Below are positions 36,401 to 50,209 of a stretch of DNA of 64,000 nucleotides, in pieces. The notes under the pieces were generated by a model. That model did not search any database, was not told the origin of the DNA, and saw only the letters and a program-made list of their open reading frames with translations. Location: the NCBI GenBank assembly GCA_030704615.1, contig CM060734.1, forward strand, positions 19,592,001 through 19,656,000, read 5' to 3'. This DNA is from Takakia lepidozioides. Lineage: Eukaryota; Plantae; Bryophyta. The position numbers were made by a program, and so were the translations under genes. Each line of letters begins with the position of its first letter. Position 1 is the first letter of the stretch.

Positions 36401-36818
36401 CCATAGCAACATCATTATTCGGAGACGGCCTTGACATGTCAGATTCAATTTGTTCATTGACATTTGGATGGGAATCAGCCGCAGATGTCAATTCAACCTC
36501 CGAGAACTAAGGATCCTCATTCTTGGTGTTGGTGTCAGTCCCAATATCTTTTTGAATTTGCACCACATCCCAAACGACAGGTGTTCCGATTGCTTCTCCC
36601 AAAGAGTCCGCATCCATGTGCGGATATGGCAACGACACAGAAGAATGTGTCGGATCGCAAGACACTATAACAACAGATATTGTGGACCCGTTTAGCTGTC
36701 GTCCGTGGTAACTTCCGCAACCAGTCACATTGAGACATTCTGCTGTTGCGACGATAGAGTTCGAGCCCTGAAGAGTGAGGAAAACTTGTTGACCAGTTTG
36801 GAACAACGACATTTCCAC
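33444..36818 (-). pseudogene. Sola-like (Sola1-type) DDD transposase gene, degenerate, one intron (35515-35386)
   Basis: FAKCTDC; IIHDKMD; LYLQLDNCVKENKN; FLMVGHIHEDIDGFF. In-phase GT-AG intron joins EECNE|TNKICG. Several stops and frameshifts. Confidence 0.75.
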
Positions 36819-39551
36819 GAACCTCGCGCGATCGCGCGTGTATCTTATAGTAGAGATTCTGGTGATTAATGATTTGACACTATATCGATGGACACTAAGA
36901 AAGAGTGAAACAATAAGTTACTGAAGTTTGTTTAGAAAAACTGAGGATGAAGATGAAAAAGAACCTCACACGATCGCCCGCGTTTAGGGTTATAATGATT
37001 TGGAAATTGAAAATAGAACTCGGACTCTCGGATTATGTACTATAATGTAGAACGTAGGTCTTTATTGGTCGAAACAGAAATTTGTAGAAAATTAAAGGAT
37101 CTGCTAAAGCTACGACCCGAATGCACAACATTGTCTACGACTCCATAACAGAAATAGAACCACATCGACAGGCATTCGCGTGTGGTTCAGATGGATGAAA
37201 TGAAGGACGGATGAATAATGGTAAACGAGTTTCGGATGACAAGTAAGAAAATGGATAAATAAATGAAAACATGGATGAACGAAACAGCTGTAGTGCAAGT
37301 GATCATTCGAAGTACATAAAACGGTCGGGTGTGTATGTAAGATCTTTGCAGACAGTGGATGGGAACAGAGGAGCAGAGAGACAGAAGAGAAACCCAGATG
37401 AAGTGGAGATGCTCTCAATATTGACAGGAGTACAAAGGAAAGAATCAACGTAAAACAGACAGTCCTGAAGATCAGCGAGCCAGAGAAACTGAGAGGGAAA
37501 AAATGGCATGCGTGCACAGGGCAGGCTCTTATACGGATTGTCAAACAGTATGAGGGTGACGTGTTCACATTACAGAGGTGTGTTTGGAGTGTCACGGATC
37601 GACAAATTGTCGCCCTGGATATGCTCTTTTGTGTAATCTAGTGGCTATTATGTGTCCTCCAGAGCATAAATTCAAGTAGGAGTCTAAAATCCTCCGAACA
37701 TTAATGGGTCCGTAAGTTATTGCGGCCAATGCGAATAACTAACTGATTCGAGATCTGGAATCTGACATCCAAAGCACCAGAGAAGCAACAAATCCAATGT
37801 TGAATTAATGATACAAGAGAAGGAATAGTCGGCGATGAAAATGGCCGCCTCTTAAGGCTATTGTGATGAGCCGGCGGCCATCTATGGCAAGGTGACATTA
37901 AGTAGCCGCAATGAACGTGGGGCCGTAGATGAGGTGTAGGTAGAGAAAACGTGAGACCGATCAAATCCCAGATGCACGTCTCGACACCTCATTATTGAAC
38001 CTATGAATAATATTTTATCATTGGATGAAATAAGAGCCTTCGCGGATGAAACAGACGTATACTGGATGAGATGACTGCCCTAGTGGATGATTCAATTCCC
38101 CTCATGGATGAGCGCCGTCACGGGAACCCGCAATAATTCCAGGGTGTTCACTTTATGAAGGCATCGGATTGCCGCGCCGTAACGCTCTGGACAAATTAGT
38201 GGAGTCCATTCATTACTGACAGTCATGTCGCATCATTGATTGTACTTGCATAAATTTAGGGGTCCTCAGCGAACCGTTGGGAAACATCCCGCCTTTCATT
38301 CATCCATGCATCGAGGCCACAAACCGTCGGATGCGACATAATGCCGACGGTTGAGATCACAGGTGGTAAGGCATATAAGGAGGAGTGACCGAAAGGAGTC
38401 TCCTTTTGATTCATTTGATACACGGGGAAGCCCTGTTCAATTTTGGACTCAAGGAAGAGGTGCGAGAGAGAGTTACTGAGCGAGAGAGGCAGAGAGGTGG
38501 AGATCGAGGAAGCAAGAGAGTGAGAGATCGAGGGAGCGTGAGTTGGATTGAGTGTGGGTTTGAGCAATTCACCGTGTGCGGGGGAGTGTGACAGAGTGAA
38601 AGGAGGGCAAAACAAAAGAGTACGATATCCCAGAAGTTGTTGTGCGCACCCGAGCGAGAGAGCTCATCCAGCCCTGCAGGGAGGATCCTTGCCTGAAATG
38701 GCATCAAGCAGGTAATTTTTTTCCCCGTCTTCTTCGTGCATGCAATGAGGGATTCTTCCGTGGGCTGCAGAGATTGCAGGAAGGTAGAAGTTGCATGCTT
38801 GATTGACTGTTTGCTTGATTGTTTGCTTGTTTGAGCGAATGATTGCTTGTTTTGATTGTTTTGATTACTTGTTTTGATTTTTGGATTGATTCCAGGGCTA
38901 AAGAGGTAGGATGGTCGATAGAAGGCTTGGGAATTGTGGAAGATTTCGGGATATGTACGCTTTCCTTTAGGAACAACTCCGGATTCAAGACATGAGAAAT
39001 TCCGATTTCATAGGGTTCGTAGGTACAGCTGGCAACTGTTTAGGTTTTGCAGCCTATGGTGTAGGCCTCAGTATAGGTACCATGACACAGTCCATTCACG
39101 CGCGATCGTGCGTGAACTCATTTTACCATGTACAATTCTAGATACTGAACTGTGTTTTTGGCTCGATTCGGTTATGCACATTATTTCCATGATCTGCATT
39201 ACGTGCCTCTCGAAATAGGGATTCCTAGTGATTTCGTAAGCCGTAGAGAAACCTCGCGCGATCGCCCGTGTTTATTTCAGTGATAGTATTGTGAAACATG
39301 GTTTAGTTAGGACTTGGAGCGAGGCCAGTAAGCACTTTCAGCGCTAGTTATCATTCCTGACGTAAAGTGGCGCTGACACGTCGGCCGTCACGTCCGACGT
39401 GCGTCACGTCACGTCGAATCCAGACGTTTACCCATGTAATTTTTTTACATTTGACTTTTACGATTTACTTCTACCCTTTGTAATGACATGGCAGCCACGG
39501 TGTAAAACGACGTGGCCCATTATTAATATTTATTATTCTTTTAAAAAAATG

Positions 39552-40390
39552 TGTCCGCCTATATTGGCGGTCGCATATAATTTATTATTTAAAAATAAAA
39601 GCAACCGCCCATATTGGCGGTCGCTTGTAATTTAATATTTTGTTAAATTAAGCGAACCGCCTATATGGCGGTCGCCGTAGTTTATTTATTCTTAAATGAA
39701 GCGACCGCCCATATTGGCGGTCGCTTATATTGTATTATATTTTAAAATAACCGACCGCCTATATTGGCGGTCGGTTGAAGTTTATTATGTTTTAAATGAA
39801 GCGACCGCCCAGATTGGCGGTCGTTCACACTTTATTATATTATTATTATTATATTTTTGATATATTCTGTAAAAATACAGCGACCGCCAGTGACGGTCGC
39901 TATATATATATTTTAAATTTAGCGACCGCCATTTAGCAGCGGTCGCTTATTTTTATTTTTATTCTTAAATAAAGCGACCATCGTTTGGCGGTCGCTTCTT
40001 TCAGTTAATTTTTGAAAAATGCAGCGACCGCCATTTGGCGGTTGTCGCTATTTTTGTTATAAAGAATACAGCGACGGGCCATTTGGAGGCGGTCGCTCGA
40101 TTTGATTTTGATTCTTTAAATTAAGTGACCGCCGTTTGGCGGTCGCTTACTTAATAATTTTTTTTAAATGAAGCGACCGCCATTTAGCGGCGATCGCTTA
40201 TTTATTGAATTAAACGACCGCCAGTAGGCGGTTGCTTATTATATATATATATATATATTATATATAATTTAAGCAACAACCGCCATGTGGCGGTCGCTCT
40301 CTTGTTTTATAAATATAGCGACCCACCATGCGGCGGTCGCGTGTTTTTTTTTTTTCTAAGAATCCAGGAGATCCGCCGTGTTGGCGTTTT
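39552..40390. repeat. Left array of ~17 GCGACCGCC-N(3-7)-GGCGGTCGC hairpins with AT-rich spacers
   Basis: First units are spaced almost exactly 50 bp apart (39601, 39652, 39701, 39751, 39801). Confidence 0.95.
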
Positions 40391-41323
40391 GTTTTTAATT
40401 TTTTAATCATGAAGCGGCGTCTGGCCAGCCACGTGGTGAGGTGCCACGGGTCAGGAAAAACGAAACAAATGGGATGGGGGGAGGTTGTTTTGAACCTTGA
40501 CCTCTCCATGTGGGTGCGCGTGGCGAGGCGTCACTGGCCTGTCGCGCCTTTTCAAGCATAATGTTATTTGGGGTGGGGGGAGCTAGGGGGGCCATATAAA
40601 GCCATTCCCCCCTCCTTTTCTGATCATTTTGCCATCTCGTGGTGCGGTTCCTTGCATCCTGTAGTCCCTTTCGGACTTTGTTGCTTGGCACTGCCAACGG
40701 GAGGTGCAAAGGTGTTATTTGGGGGGGGGGGGGGTGGTGCGTTTTGTCGGTTTTCTATTGGTCAGTCCCACACACTTGTTCACAGTTCAATCATCATATC
40801 ACCATTTTGCCGTTTTCGGATCTCCGGCGACCAGTTTTTTTGCAAAAAACTACGAAGACACCCCCACACGCGTTCATTGTCATTTTCTGAGGTTTTAGAC
40901 CCTGTAGTGGGCAAAGGTTTATACCATGTCGGGGGTTGTGAATTCAAGTTCCGGGGCGGGGTCGGAGGAAGAGAAAACGTGCCCACGAGCGGGATAGCCA
41001 GACTAGGCCAATAAGCCAGACTACCCGGGACCGGATGCCTCGGATAGGGTGAAAGAAGTGGTAGTGGATTATTTCAAGGGTATGGACATGATGAGGCTGG
41101 AGAGTGCTTATGTCAGGCATGGATGGAGGAGTTTCAGATTTTCCATTTCCGCAAAATGACAAACGCTTTGCGGGGGCTAGTGGACGGCGGACAGGGACAA
41201 GCCGAAGTTCAATCGGTGGATCCAAAGCAGGGCGAAGACGTCACGTGGAATTTGAGGCAGCTAATGAAGACATGAAAGGGTAGAGCAACCAAGGGTCGAG
41301 TGCCCTCCGCCGAAACTGAGTTA

Positions 41324-42330
41324 ATGCGGCGTGTTGAGTATTGGGCTTGCTCGGCAAATCAGAATTCACATCGCTGGACTAGGGTTGTCCCTTGGAAGGC
41401 GGGGTCATCGGGCGGGGGAGGCACAACTGGTCTTTATTACCTGAACTCTACTGCGAAGATAGTAGAGATTGGCCCTTACAAAGAAGGAGGATATGCTAGG
41501 TCCTCAGTGTAGGATTGTTGGCGATTCTAGAAAACCGTAGCATTGGAGCTAGCGGGAAAAAACCCAAGTCCAAAAATCCAGAAAAGGCGTTGAGACAACA
41601 TAACGACGAGTGTTTGGCAGTGAAGTTCCAGCATCCGGGTGTTATCTCATATTTTGCTGTGAATGCACGTGAGGTAGAGGATTACACTCGCTGGTGGAAT
41701 GGGGGGACAATACGCGACATGATGAACCTTGATAGAAAATGGGGCAACGATTCCGGACAACAAGTGATTTTGAACAAAGGGAATGGAAGCAGAGTTCTAG
41801 GAATGCGATCGCTGCTTCGTTTCCAGAAAGTGCGCATTGAATTTGCATGGGCACTGATGTGCCATCATGGATGCTGTCCACAAGAACGGTGTCCTGCCAA
41901 CGACTTGTCCCTCGACAACATCTTTTGCATTTTCCAGATGGCACCGAGGAGATCAAGATGGGGTGTGTGATTGGGGCTTAGCCACCCCATTGGGCATACG
42001 CAAAGCCTCGTCGTACCAGTTTGAAAAACCAAGACAGCTGGACCGGGAACTCGCGAAAAGATGGTGGGTGGAAAAAGATATTGCTCGGTTTTCAATGCGA
42101 ATGTTCACGCCCCCCCCCCTCCTAGGACATGACGTCGGAGGTCTTTGCCGTTGGGAAGATAGCGGTACGAATAAATGGTGGCACTCATTATGATCAAAGT
42201 ATGTTCGAGGACCAATTTACGAGAGGTTGTTGGCATTCAATGCTACAAGGTTGTACGACAACAACAAGAATGAGAGAGACACATTAGCCCATGTAGTACT
42301 TCGGTTCATGGGCAAGCCATTCAATTGGCC
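41324..42330 (+). pseudogene. Protein kinase pseudogene (intronless, multiply frameshifted)
   Basis: KEGGYA (Gly loop); GKKPK; NDECLAVKFQHPGVI; MDAVHKNGVL/NDLSLDNI (catalytic loop); GVCDWGLA (DFG-equivalent); SEVFAVGKIA (subdomain IX). Confidence 0.85.
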
Positions 42331-43419
42331 TGAGCCGAAAGACGTATATATGACGGAGTAGACCATAGTCTCGTAGATATGAGATTTGTGGCGGGACAAT
42401 GGTTTTTTTATGAGACATAACTCAATTTGATCGTGCATGTAATAAAAGTCTCATTGTAAATACTACCTTGGCATATGCTCGACCCTGGCACCTGTCATCG
42501 TAACATAAATGGTTTGTGTACTGGCTCACTCTTTATATTTGAAATGTTCCAAGGTTTCGGATAGGGTTATGAGAAAACGATGTATTAGTTCCGTAGGAGT
42601 TAGACAATAAACGTCTCACATCTCATTCAACTGTGCGACACTACCATGAGAGGCATTGATCGGAAAGTAATAGGTGCACATGCGACCTCCGAACGTTTGA
42701 TACTAGGCATGGGAGTTACAAAACGATTCCTAACGAATTCAGCTACATGAATATCGGCAGTATGAAACACCTTGCAGTCATATGATTTTTGAGATTGTTT
42801 GCACGGATTATTTGTGTTGTGCTTTCAAGTGGCGAACATTCCGCCATGGTGCGGAAGAGGTGCATTGACCACATTGAACGGTTGATGTGATACCATTTCC
42901 AACAATGTATCACCTCGCATTTGTGAAAATGTATCACATGAACCGTTCCATGTGGCCTACGGGAGTCTTCGACATGTACGACATCAATGTGGCCTACGAG
43001 ATCTGCTTCCACCAACAAACATGTGATCATTTCATAAGCGCTTGAACTTTGAAGTGACAATGGGCAAGGTTCATCATCCAGATGTTCAACATGCTGAGGT
43101 CTTCTGTAATGTCTCTTGTTTCGTAATGAGGTGCTTCTCCAACTCTTATTTTTCCAAATGTTAATATCTTCCATCTGGAACATACCAGCACATGCGTATA
43201 TAAAGCCTTAAAAAACCAATTACCATCAAACTTGAAGCTGGGGATGAGGCTTATAAAAGTGGAGATGGTCATTTGCTTATTTAAGGATTTATGCACACAT
43301 GTGTGGATCTGTTCCAAGTGGAGAATATCAACATATTGGTAAAGTGGACAGGGAGAAGCACCGCATTACGAGGCATGAGACATTACAAAAAGAGCTTCAA
43401 ATGGCATATCATGTAACAG

Positions 43420-44940
43420 GTCCCAGTATAATCAAAGACGAAACCCCATTCATTCAATGGGCGATTGAATGGTTGCCCGCAAATGAGTTTTTGTTTGCTT
43501 TCAATCTTTGCCACTATGTTCAACATACCATGTATCAGGTCTCGGATCAATAATCGAAATTCATTCGATGGCTCAACGGATGGTTGGCCATCGAAATGAT
43601 TTTGGTTCACTTTGAGACTTGGCCACTATGTTCAATGTCCATGTAAGAGGCCCCGAGTAATAATGCGATCAATCGAAATTCGTTCAATGGGCCACGGATG
43701 GTTGCCTATCAAATGATTTTCGTTCGCTTTGAAACTTGGCCATTGTGTTCAATGTACCCTCTGATACGTCCCAGTGTAATACGAGATCAATCGAAATTCA
43801 TTCGATTGTCCAATGAGGCGTTTACTTGTCATCTGATTTTTGTTCAATGCGTAAAAAGAAATCTTGCAATGCGTGCACGGCTATTGCACCCATTGAACGG
43901 ATGTGGTTGAAGCCCCTCTTTTGCCCCCATGTGTTGGAACAGATGTGGAGACACGTTGCCTCCCCATCGACGCGTTCACCCCTCAAGCCATTCCATCCAC
44001 ACTTAATTGAATTTAAATTCATTTAAGCCAATAATAGGTTTACCTACCTGTCATTGGGGGATCCTGGCACGTATCGATTTTGTTTTGGCTCATTTTGTTT
44101 TGCGGCTTCAAGCTCCACCGCTACTCCCCCGCCAAAATTTGGACCAATAAAAAATGCCCCAAAAAAAAGTGTTCTCTTCGCTCACTATTGCAGAAACTCT
44201 CTATGAAGAGTTGCATGAGTTGAACCCAAATCAAGTTTGGAGTGTCAAATCAGGGAAGAACTGTGGTTTTGGGTCCAAAATGAATTATGTTCGCTCCAAA
44301 ATTTGGCACACACGTTGCATATGGCTACATTATACGCCCCATTAAAAAACGGAATGAAAAAAACTCGTGAGCAACACGAAACACAGTCCAACAGGTCCCA
44401 AGTAATAGCAGATCCAACGGAATACATTCAACTGGTGAACGGATGGTTGCCCATCCAAATCATTTTTGTTTGTTTCCAAACTTTGCCAGTACGTTTGAGA
44501 CACCCTCTCACAGGTCTCGGACTAATATGAGATCAATCGAATTCATTCAATGCTCAACAACGGATGTTGCCATCGAAATGATTTTGGTTCGCTTTGAGAC
44601 TTGGCCACTATGTTCAATGTGCCATGTAAGAGGCCCCAGAGTAATATGCGATCATCGCAATTCGTTCAATGGCCAACGGATGGTTGCCCATCCAAATGAT
44701 TTTCGTTCGCTTTGAAACTTGGCCAGTGTGTTCAATGTACCATCTGATACGTCCCACTGTAATACGAGATCAATCGAAATTCGTTCGATTGTCCAATGAG
44801 GCGTTTACTTGTCATCTGATTTTTGTTCAATGTGAAAAAGAAATCCTGCAATGCGTGCACGACTATTGTACCCATTGAACGGATGTGGTTGAAGCCCCTC
44901 TTTTCCCCCCATGTGCTGGAACATGTGTGGAGACACATTA
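43420..44940. repeat. Two copies of a block made of ~120-bp subrepeats
   Basis: 43545-43955 is similar to 44510-44937. Subunit GATCAATCGAAATTC...GGATGGTTGCC.ATC.AAATGATTTT...TTTGA.ACTTGGCCA.T.TGTTCAATG. Confidence 0.9.
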
Positions 44941-44989
44941 GACGAATAATCTTTGATCTGGGGATCTTTGATGTATGGCAATTTTCGGC

Positions 44990-46570
44990 ATGTATGCCAT
45001 GCATCTCTCTGTCTGCATCCTATACCAAGTTCTTGCCCCAATGCACACAATTCATAAATGTGAATGGTAGCCCATCCAATGGGAAGTTCTGTCGATTGTA
45101 TTCAAAACCTATGGGCATCCGTTCCTCCAAGCCCACCAGCTCATAGAAACGGCGATGGATTGGTGTACGACATTCTGGGCAAGCGCTCATCCGCAAGGCT
45201 TGCAGGATAAGACATGTGAGATGGAACATATGTCCACATGATCCAAGCACATGACATCCCTCTGGGCCGTATGGTATTCCTCCACAACATAATGAACAAA
45301 CTGTGCCATCTGATATCTATGACGGCAAAACGCCTCGTGGTATCTCCTCCTCGGGCCGGTTGATGTGGCTGGTCATCCTTGTTGTGGTGTCCCACTCTTT
45401 TTCTATCTCCAATTCCCAATTTATGCTTCTATTCGACCCTGAAATTTTGTGCTCAAATCGATTGAACATAAATCCACTCTGCCCAATTGGTATACCGGGA
45501 ACACGCTTGATGCGATGTGGAGATCGTTATACCTTTGCATGTGGCATAAATGCTATCCAAGCTACGGTTCGACATGCGTGCGACACGTTGCAAGCATGAC
45601 AGTGCCCGCTTTACCCGTGCTTCTCTGGGGCCAAATGGGTCACCATTGTAACCCAATTCTCCCAATCGCCATTCAATGGGACCCATGCCCGAATCTCCAG
45701 TGTTTTGGACAAGCGCCCTGCAGTTGCTATGGAAATGTCCTGCTCCTTTGTCACGTGGTCGACATCTAATATCGGGTTCATCTCGGATTGAATGGCGATC
45801 CTTGAGCATTCTCTTCTCTTCTCTCTCCTCCTCTCTCCGGTTTCGCAGTACTGGTCTTTCTTCCTCTTCTCCTCACCGCAATTCGCTGTTCCTCAACCAT
45901 GGTTTCATCGGCCACAGAGTAAGGAGTCCGTACTTCGTGAATGATGAGGTCAATACCGCGTGCCATGTCCACGACGTTTGTTCGCCTCATGTGGACAACA
46001 GAGCCTTCATTGTTTGGAGGCATGCTTGCAATCTAGTTTCAACTCGGACTATGCGCAGTGTTTGTCAGCTAGTCGGTCATGTAGGGTCCCTGATTGCCGG
46101 TCTCTTCTCCGCCAGTTGTTCCCTAACTTTGCCGCCGGTCATATTCCAAACGTGTCTGGGATGTATTCCAAATCGTATAGCAACCTTGCGTTCCTTCTAC
46201 TAGCAGTTTGCCAATTCACTGGACGCAAGAGTATGACCTCCACGTACAACATGGCTTGCCAAGGTGTACGGGATTTGGCCCTTTAAGAGAGGTTGATCCA
46301 CAATGTATAATACACCTCATGCCTCCCTATGCTGGAAATGCAAGTTCATGCAAGACCTGGACTCGTATTGTTTTCGGGTTTGCACGTCATGCCTATCCAA
46401 ATGCCACAATCGATTGATGTGGTTTACCATTTCACGAATTTTTTGCATCTCGCCATCGGCTACCTGAACCTTCCGAACATCCCTCCAGCCCTCTTTCTGC
46501 TAGTATGCTAGGGGTCACCATATACTTCCAATTCAAGTCTTCTCTTGACTCTTTGATTTTCTTAGGGGGC
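44990..46570 (-). pseudogene. RING-H2 finger protein pseudogene
   Basis: VCSLCCGGIPYGPEGCHVLGSCGHMFHLTCLILQALRMSACPECRTPI at ~45160-45300. Upstream frames are heavily disrupted, so the 5' limit is approximate. Confidence 0.8.
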
Positions 46571-46974
46571 GGTCCATGTTCATTGGGGTCATCTCTTCCA
46601 TGATGCTCATCGTCCTAGCCCTCTGCCATTCTGCAACATCGGCGCAACACTAATGATTTACAATAAAACAAACTCTAAACCCTTCACCTTAACGGTTTAC
46701 TAATAAAACATAACTCTAAACCCTTCACCTTAAACGAGTTTGAGTAGGTATCAAAATAGTTTCTAAAAGCTAATTTTGTAGAATAAAATGATCCTGGAAG
46801 CCAGAGGAGGGCCTATGGGAGTATTCTGCAACGACCTCACAGAAATCGCGGCAAAAAATACCCCCCCACCCAACCAATGGTCTCCTTGTCCACGTGACTA
46901 CGTATCGTGGAATAATGAATGCCACGCACACAGAAGTTGTGTGGAGAGGAAGTGAGGGAGAATGAGCCTCCCTT

Positions 46975-48195
46975 GGCTTATATCCCCCCCCCCCCCCCTC
47001 ATTCCTCGGGCCACGTGCAGGGCGAACCTTCTAGAAGCGACCGCCAACTTGGCGGTCGCTCCATTTTCCGAGAATAAAATAAATAAGCAACCGCCAACAT
47101 AGGCGGTCGCTACATTTATAGAGACATTAAGAATTGAAGCGACCGCTAGTAATGGCAGTCGCTCGATTTTCCTCCAAAAAACAGAGAAGCGACCGCCATT
47201 ACTGGCGGTCGCTTCATTTTCAAAACAATTAAAATAAAAGCAATCGCCACAAATGGCGGTCGCTCGATTTTCCTCCAAAAAAACAAAAAAGCGACCGAGA
47301 GTAGAGTAACGATCGGCGGTCGCTTCATTTCCAAAATAATTAAAATAAAAGCGACCGCCAGTAATGGCGGTCGCTTTATTTCCAAATAAATAAAATAAAA
47401 GCGACCGCCATGTATCCCCCCCCCCCCTTCATTCCTCGCTCCACGCGCAAGACAGACCTCGTAGAAGCGACCGTTACCTTCCAAAATAAAAAAATAAAAG
47501 TGACCGCCAGTAAAAATCGCTGCATTTTAAAAAATAACCATTACAGCGACCGCCAGAAATGGCGGTCGCTGCATTTTGTAAAAACAAAAACTGCCAGTAA
47601 TGAAAGTGAGGGGAGAATGACTGGGATTATATGCCCCCCCCCCGCCTCATTCCGCGCTCCACGCGCAGGGCAGACCTCGTAGAAGTGACCGCCACCTTGG
47701 CGGTCGCTCCATTTAAAAACAAAAAAAGGGACCGCCACAAATGGCGGTTGCTCCATTTCGCAAAAAAAAAGAAAAAAAAAACGACCGCCAGTAATGGCGG
47801 TCGCTGCATTTATAAAAACAAAAAAAAACTTCAAGCGATCGCCTGTAATGGAAGTGAGGGGAGAATGAGTCCGAGCTTATATGCCCCTCTCCCCCCGCCT
47901 CACTCCTCGCTCCATGCGCAAGGCACACTTCGTAGAAGCGACCACCATCTTGGCGGTCGCTCCATTTAAAAATCCCAAAAACGCGACTGGAAAATATGGC
48001 GGTCGATCCATTTTCCAAAATTAAAAAAACAACCGACCGCCACTATTGGCGGTCGCTGGATTTTCAGAAAAAAAAAAAACAAAAAAAAACGACCACTAGT
48101 AATTTTACGAAGAAAAAAAAGACGATCGCTATTACATCATGTTCACTGTATTTACAAAGAATAAAAAATAAATGCGACCGCCAGTGATGCCGGTG
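46975..48195. repeat. Right palindromic array, inner part, with four higher-order units starting at C-tracts
   Basis: TAT-C-rich tract-TCA(T/C)TCC.CG..CCA.G.GCA...TAGAAG.GACC at ~46980, ~47412, ~47629 and ~47879. Confidence 0.93.
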
Positions 48196-48247
48196 ATGCC
48201 TTTCAACTTTCGCCCGGTCCAACTTTCGCGTGTTGATGGGAGCTGGA

Positions 48248-50209
48248 TCAGTTTTGGCATTGTGGTGGAGCTGGTCGTATCGGTGAGGCATGATTCCGTC
48301 CCGTCGACTGTACAATGGGTTTGACACCATCGTTTGTATGAACAGGGTTGCGTACGTCGCTCGGTCCTGGAAGTTCATCACCCCTAAGCTCCATTGGGGC
48401 ACTACCGGTGGCTTCAGCGTGTAGTGGGGGGCGAGGGTCGATCCTAACTTCATTTTGAGGACCATGTTCTGGGGATGACACAATTACAGCTTCACCTTCA
48501 TCTGCATACGCACTTCTTCAAGAAGGTCATCAAAGGTCGGCTGGATATAAATATCCTTCACTGTGAATGTAAACGGGTCATACGCATTTTTGGGAGCATC
48601 ATCGGATCCATCTTCACTATCGAAGGCAGATGATTCCCTCTGAGATGATTCTCTCTGAGGCTCAGTATCGTCACTCATCGAATCTACCTCAGAAGCAGAG
48701 TCTTCGGAATGCAAATTCCTCTCATACCATGCTGCAGCATCATCCGCTGCCCTCTCACGTAGCAGTCGGCAATTGGTATACACATACACCAATTTGTCAG
48801 CCCTCGTGAGATTCAACCTGTTGCGAATTTTGTTGTGAACAAATGAGTAACTGTTTCCAATTGCGTTCGCAATATGAGGCAGAACACACTTGAGCAAGAA
48901 TACGTTTTGCAATGGGAGCCAATGTTCTTGCTCCAGCTCCAATCAGATCCCACCATTCATGTGGCAACATATTGAGTTCTTTTGGATCCGACATGTCCTC
49001 AAAAGAGTCGCGGCGATCTGAGAAGCATTGGTACTCGGATATAGCTCTCTCTGCATGGTTCGGCGGAGCCAGTCACACGAGGCCGACCTTGGCATCAGCG
49101 TCGTCTCAGAGCATGGTATTGTGGAGCAAGAATGGATTGAGCAAAGCCCCCGCATAATGCAAATCCGTTTGAACCATCGAACGATGGTCGTTAAATGCAT
49201 CCGAAGCACTGTCCGCAAATTCAGGTTCCAAAGAGAAAGGAAGATGCCTCAAGGATTGGACGTGCTTCTCAAGATTTTGCATTAGTAACCATGCCTTGCC
49301 CATTACTGGTTGCTTTCCATCAAACTCCCGCAAGACGATTAACACCGGCTCTACCATATAAACAAAGTTTTCACATTTCTTCCATAAATCATCGCTGCGA
49401 ATGCTATTCCGAACTTTTCGACTTTTGCCCAATGACTAGGCTTTTCTGGAGTCCCGCATTGTCCGTGTGTACGCATCCCATTGAGGATCGATGATGGTGT
49501 GCTCCAGACTGCTCTTCACCGTCACCAACCGATCCACCATCAAGAAGTTAGTGGCAAAACGAGTTTCGCCTGGATTCCGGAGGCTGTATTTGGGTTCGTG
49601 CCTCCTATATATAGCCAAATGGATGTGGTGTGTGCGGATGAACGACATAACGGTCTTCGCTCGCTTGACAAGTTGTTTCACCCATTGTTCTTTTCCCCAA
49701 TCTTCCAAAAGGAGGTCAAGGATATGAGCAGCACAACCTTGATAGTACATATGGGGATAACGTGCCAACAACATGTCTGTAATGTTTCTTATGTTAGCGG
49801 CATTGTCTGTGCATATTTGCACGATTCTATCACTTCCGACCTGTTCGATGAAGTCTGTCAATAGTTGGCATTGATAACATCCATCTTTCTTCTCGCCGCT
49901 AGTGTCGACCGATCCCAAGAATTATTCCCCAGCCGGACATACAAGCATGACATTGAACAATGGTCTGTTTGTAACATAACTCCAACCATCGGCACATATA
50001 GTGCTTCCATATTTTCTGTTGCACTCGCCCGTCCTATCGGTGACCTTAAGTTCGGTCATGACGTCTTCTAGCAATCCTGTGCGGAGATTGTGATAAGTCG
50101 GAGGCACGTACGTGGATCTGGACTCCGAGGTCGCTCTAACAACAGAAACAAATGCCAGAAGCCTTGCCACATTAAATGGTATGTTGGCCTCGAAGAAAAC
50201 TGCGTCCAT
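48248..50209 (-). pseudogene. hAT transposase (DUF659 plus C-terminal dimerisation type), degenerate
   Basis: FFEANIPFNVAR; ICADGWSYVTNRPLFNVM; QICTDNAAN; CAAHILDLLLED; ETRFATNF; LHYAGALLNP; EWW...RILAQVCSASYCERNW; RNRLNLTRADKLVYVYTN. Confidence 0.93.

Noticed and set aside
39552-40390. CRISPR array
   Set aside because: Spacers are low-complexity AT tracts resembling each other, repeats are degenerate, there are no cas genes, and the context is eukaryotic.
42743-43317. Ulp1 protease or transposase remnant inside the foldback core
   Set aside because: No catalytic motif recognisable.
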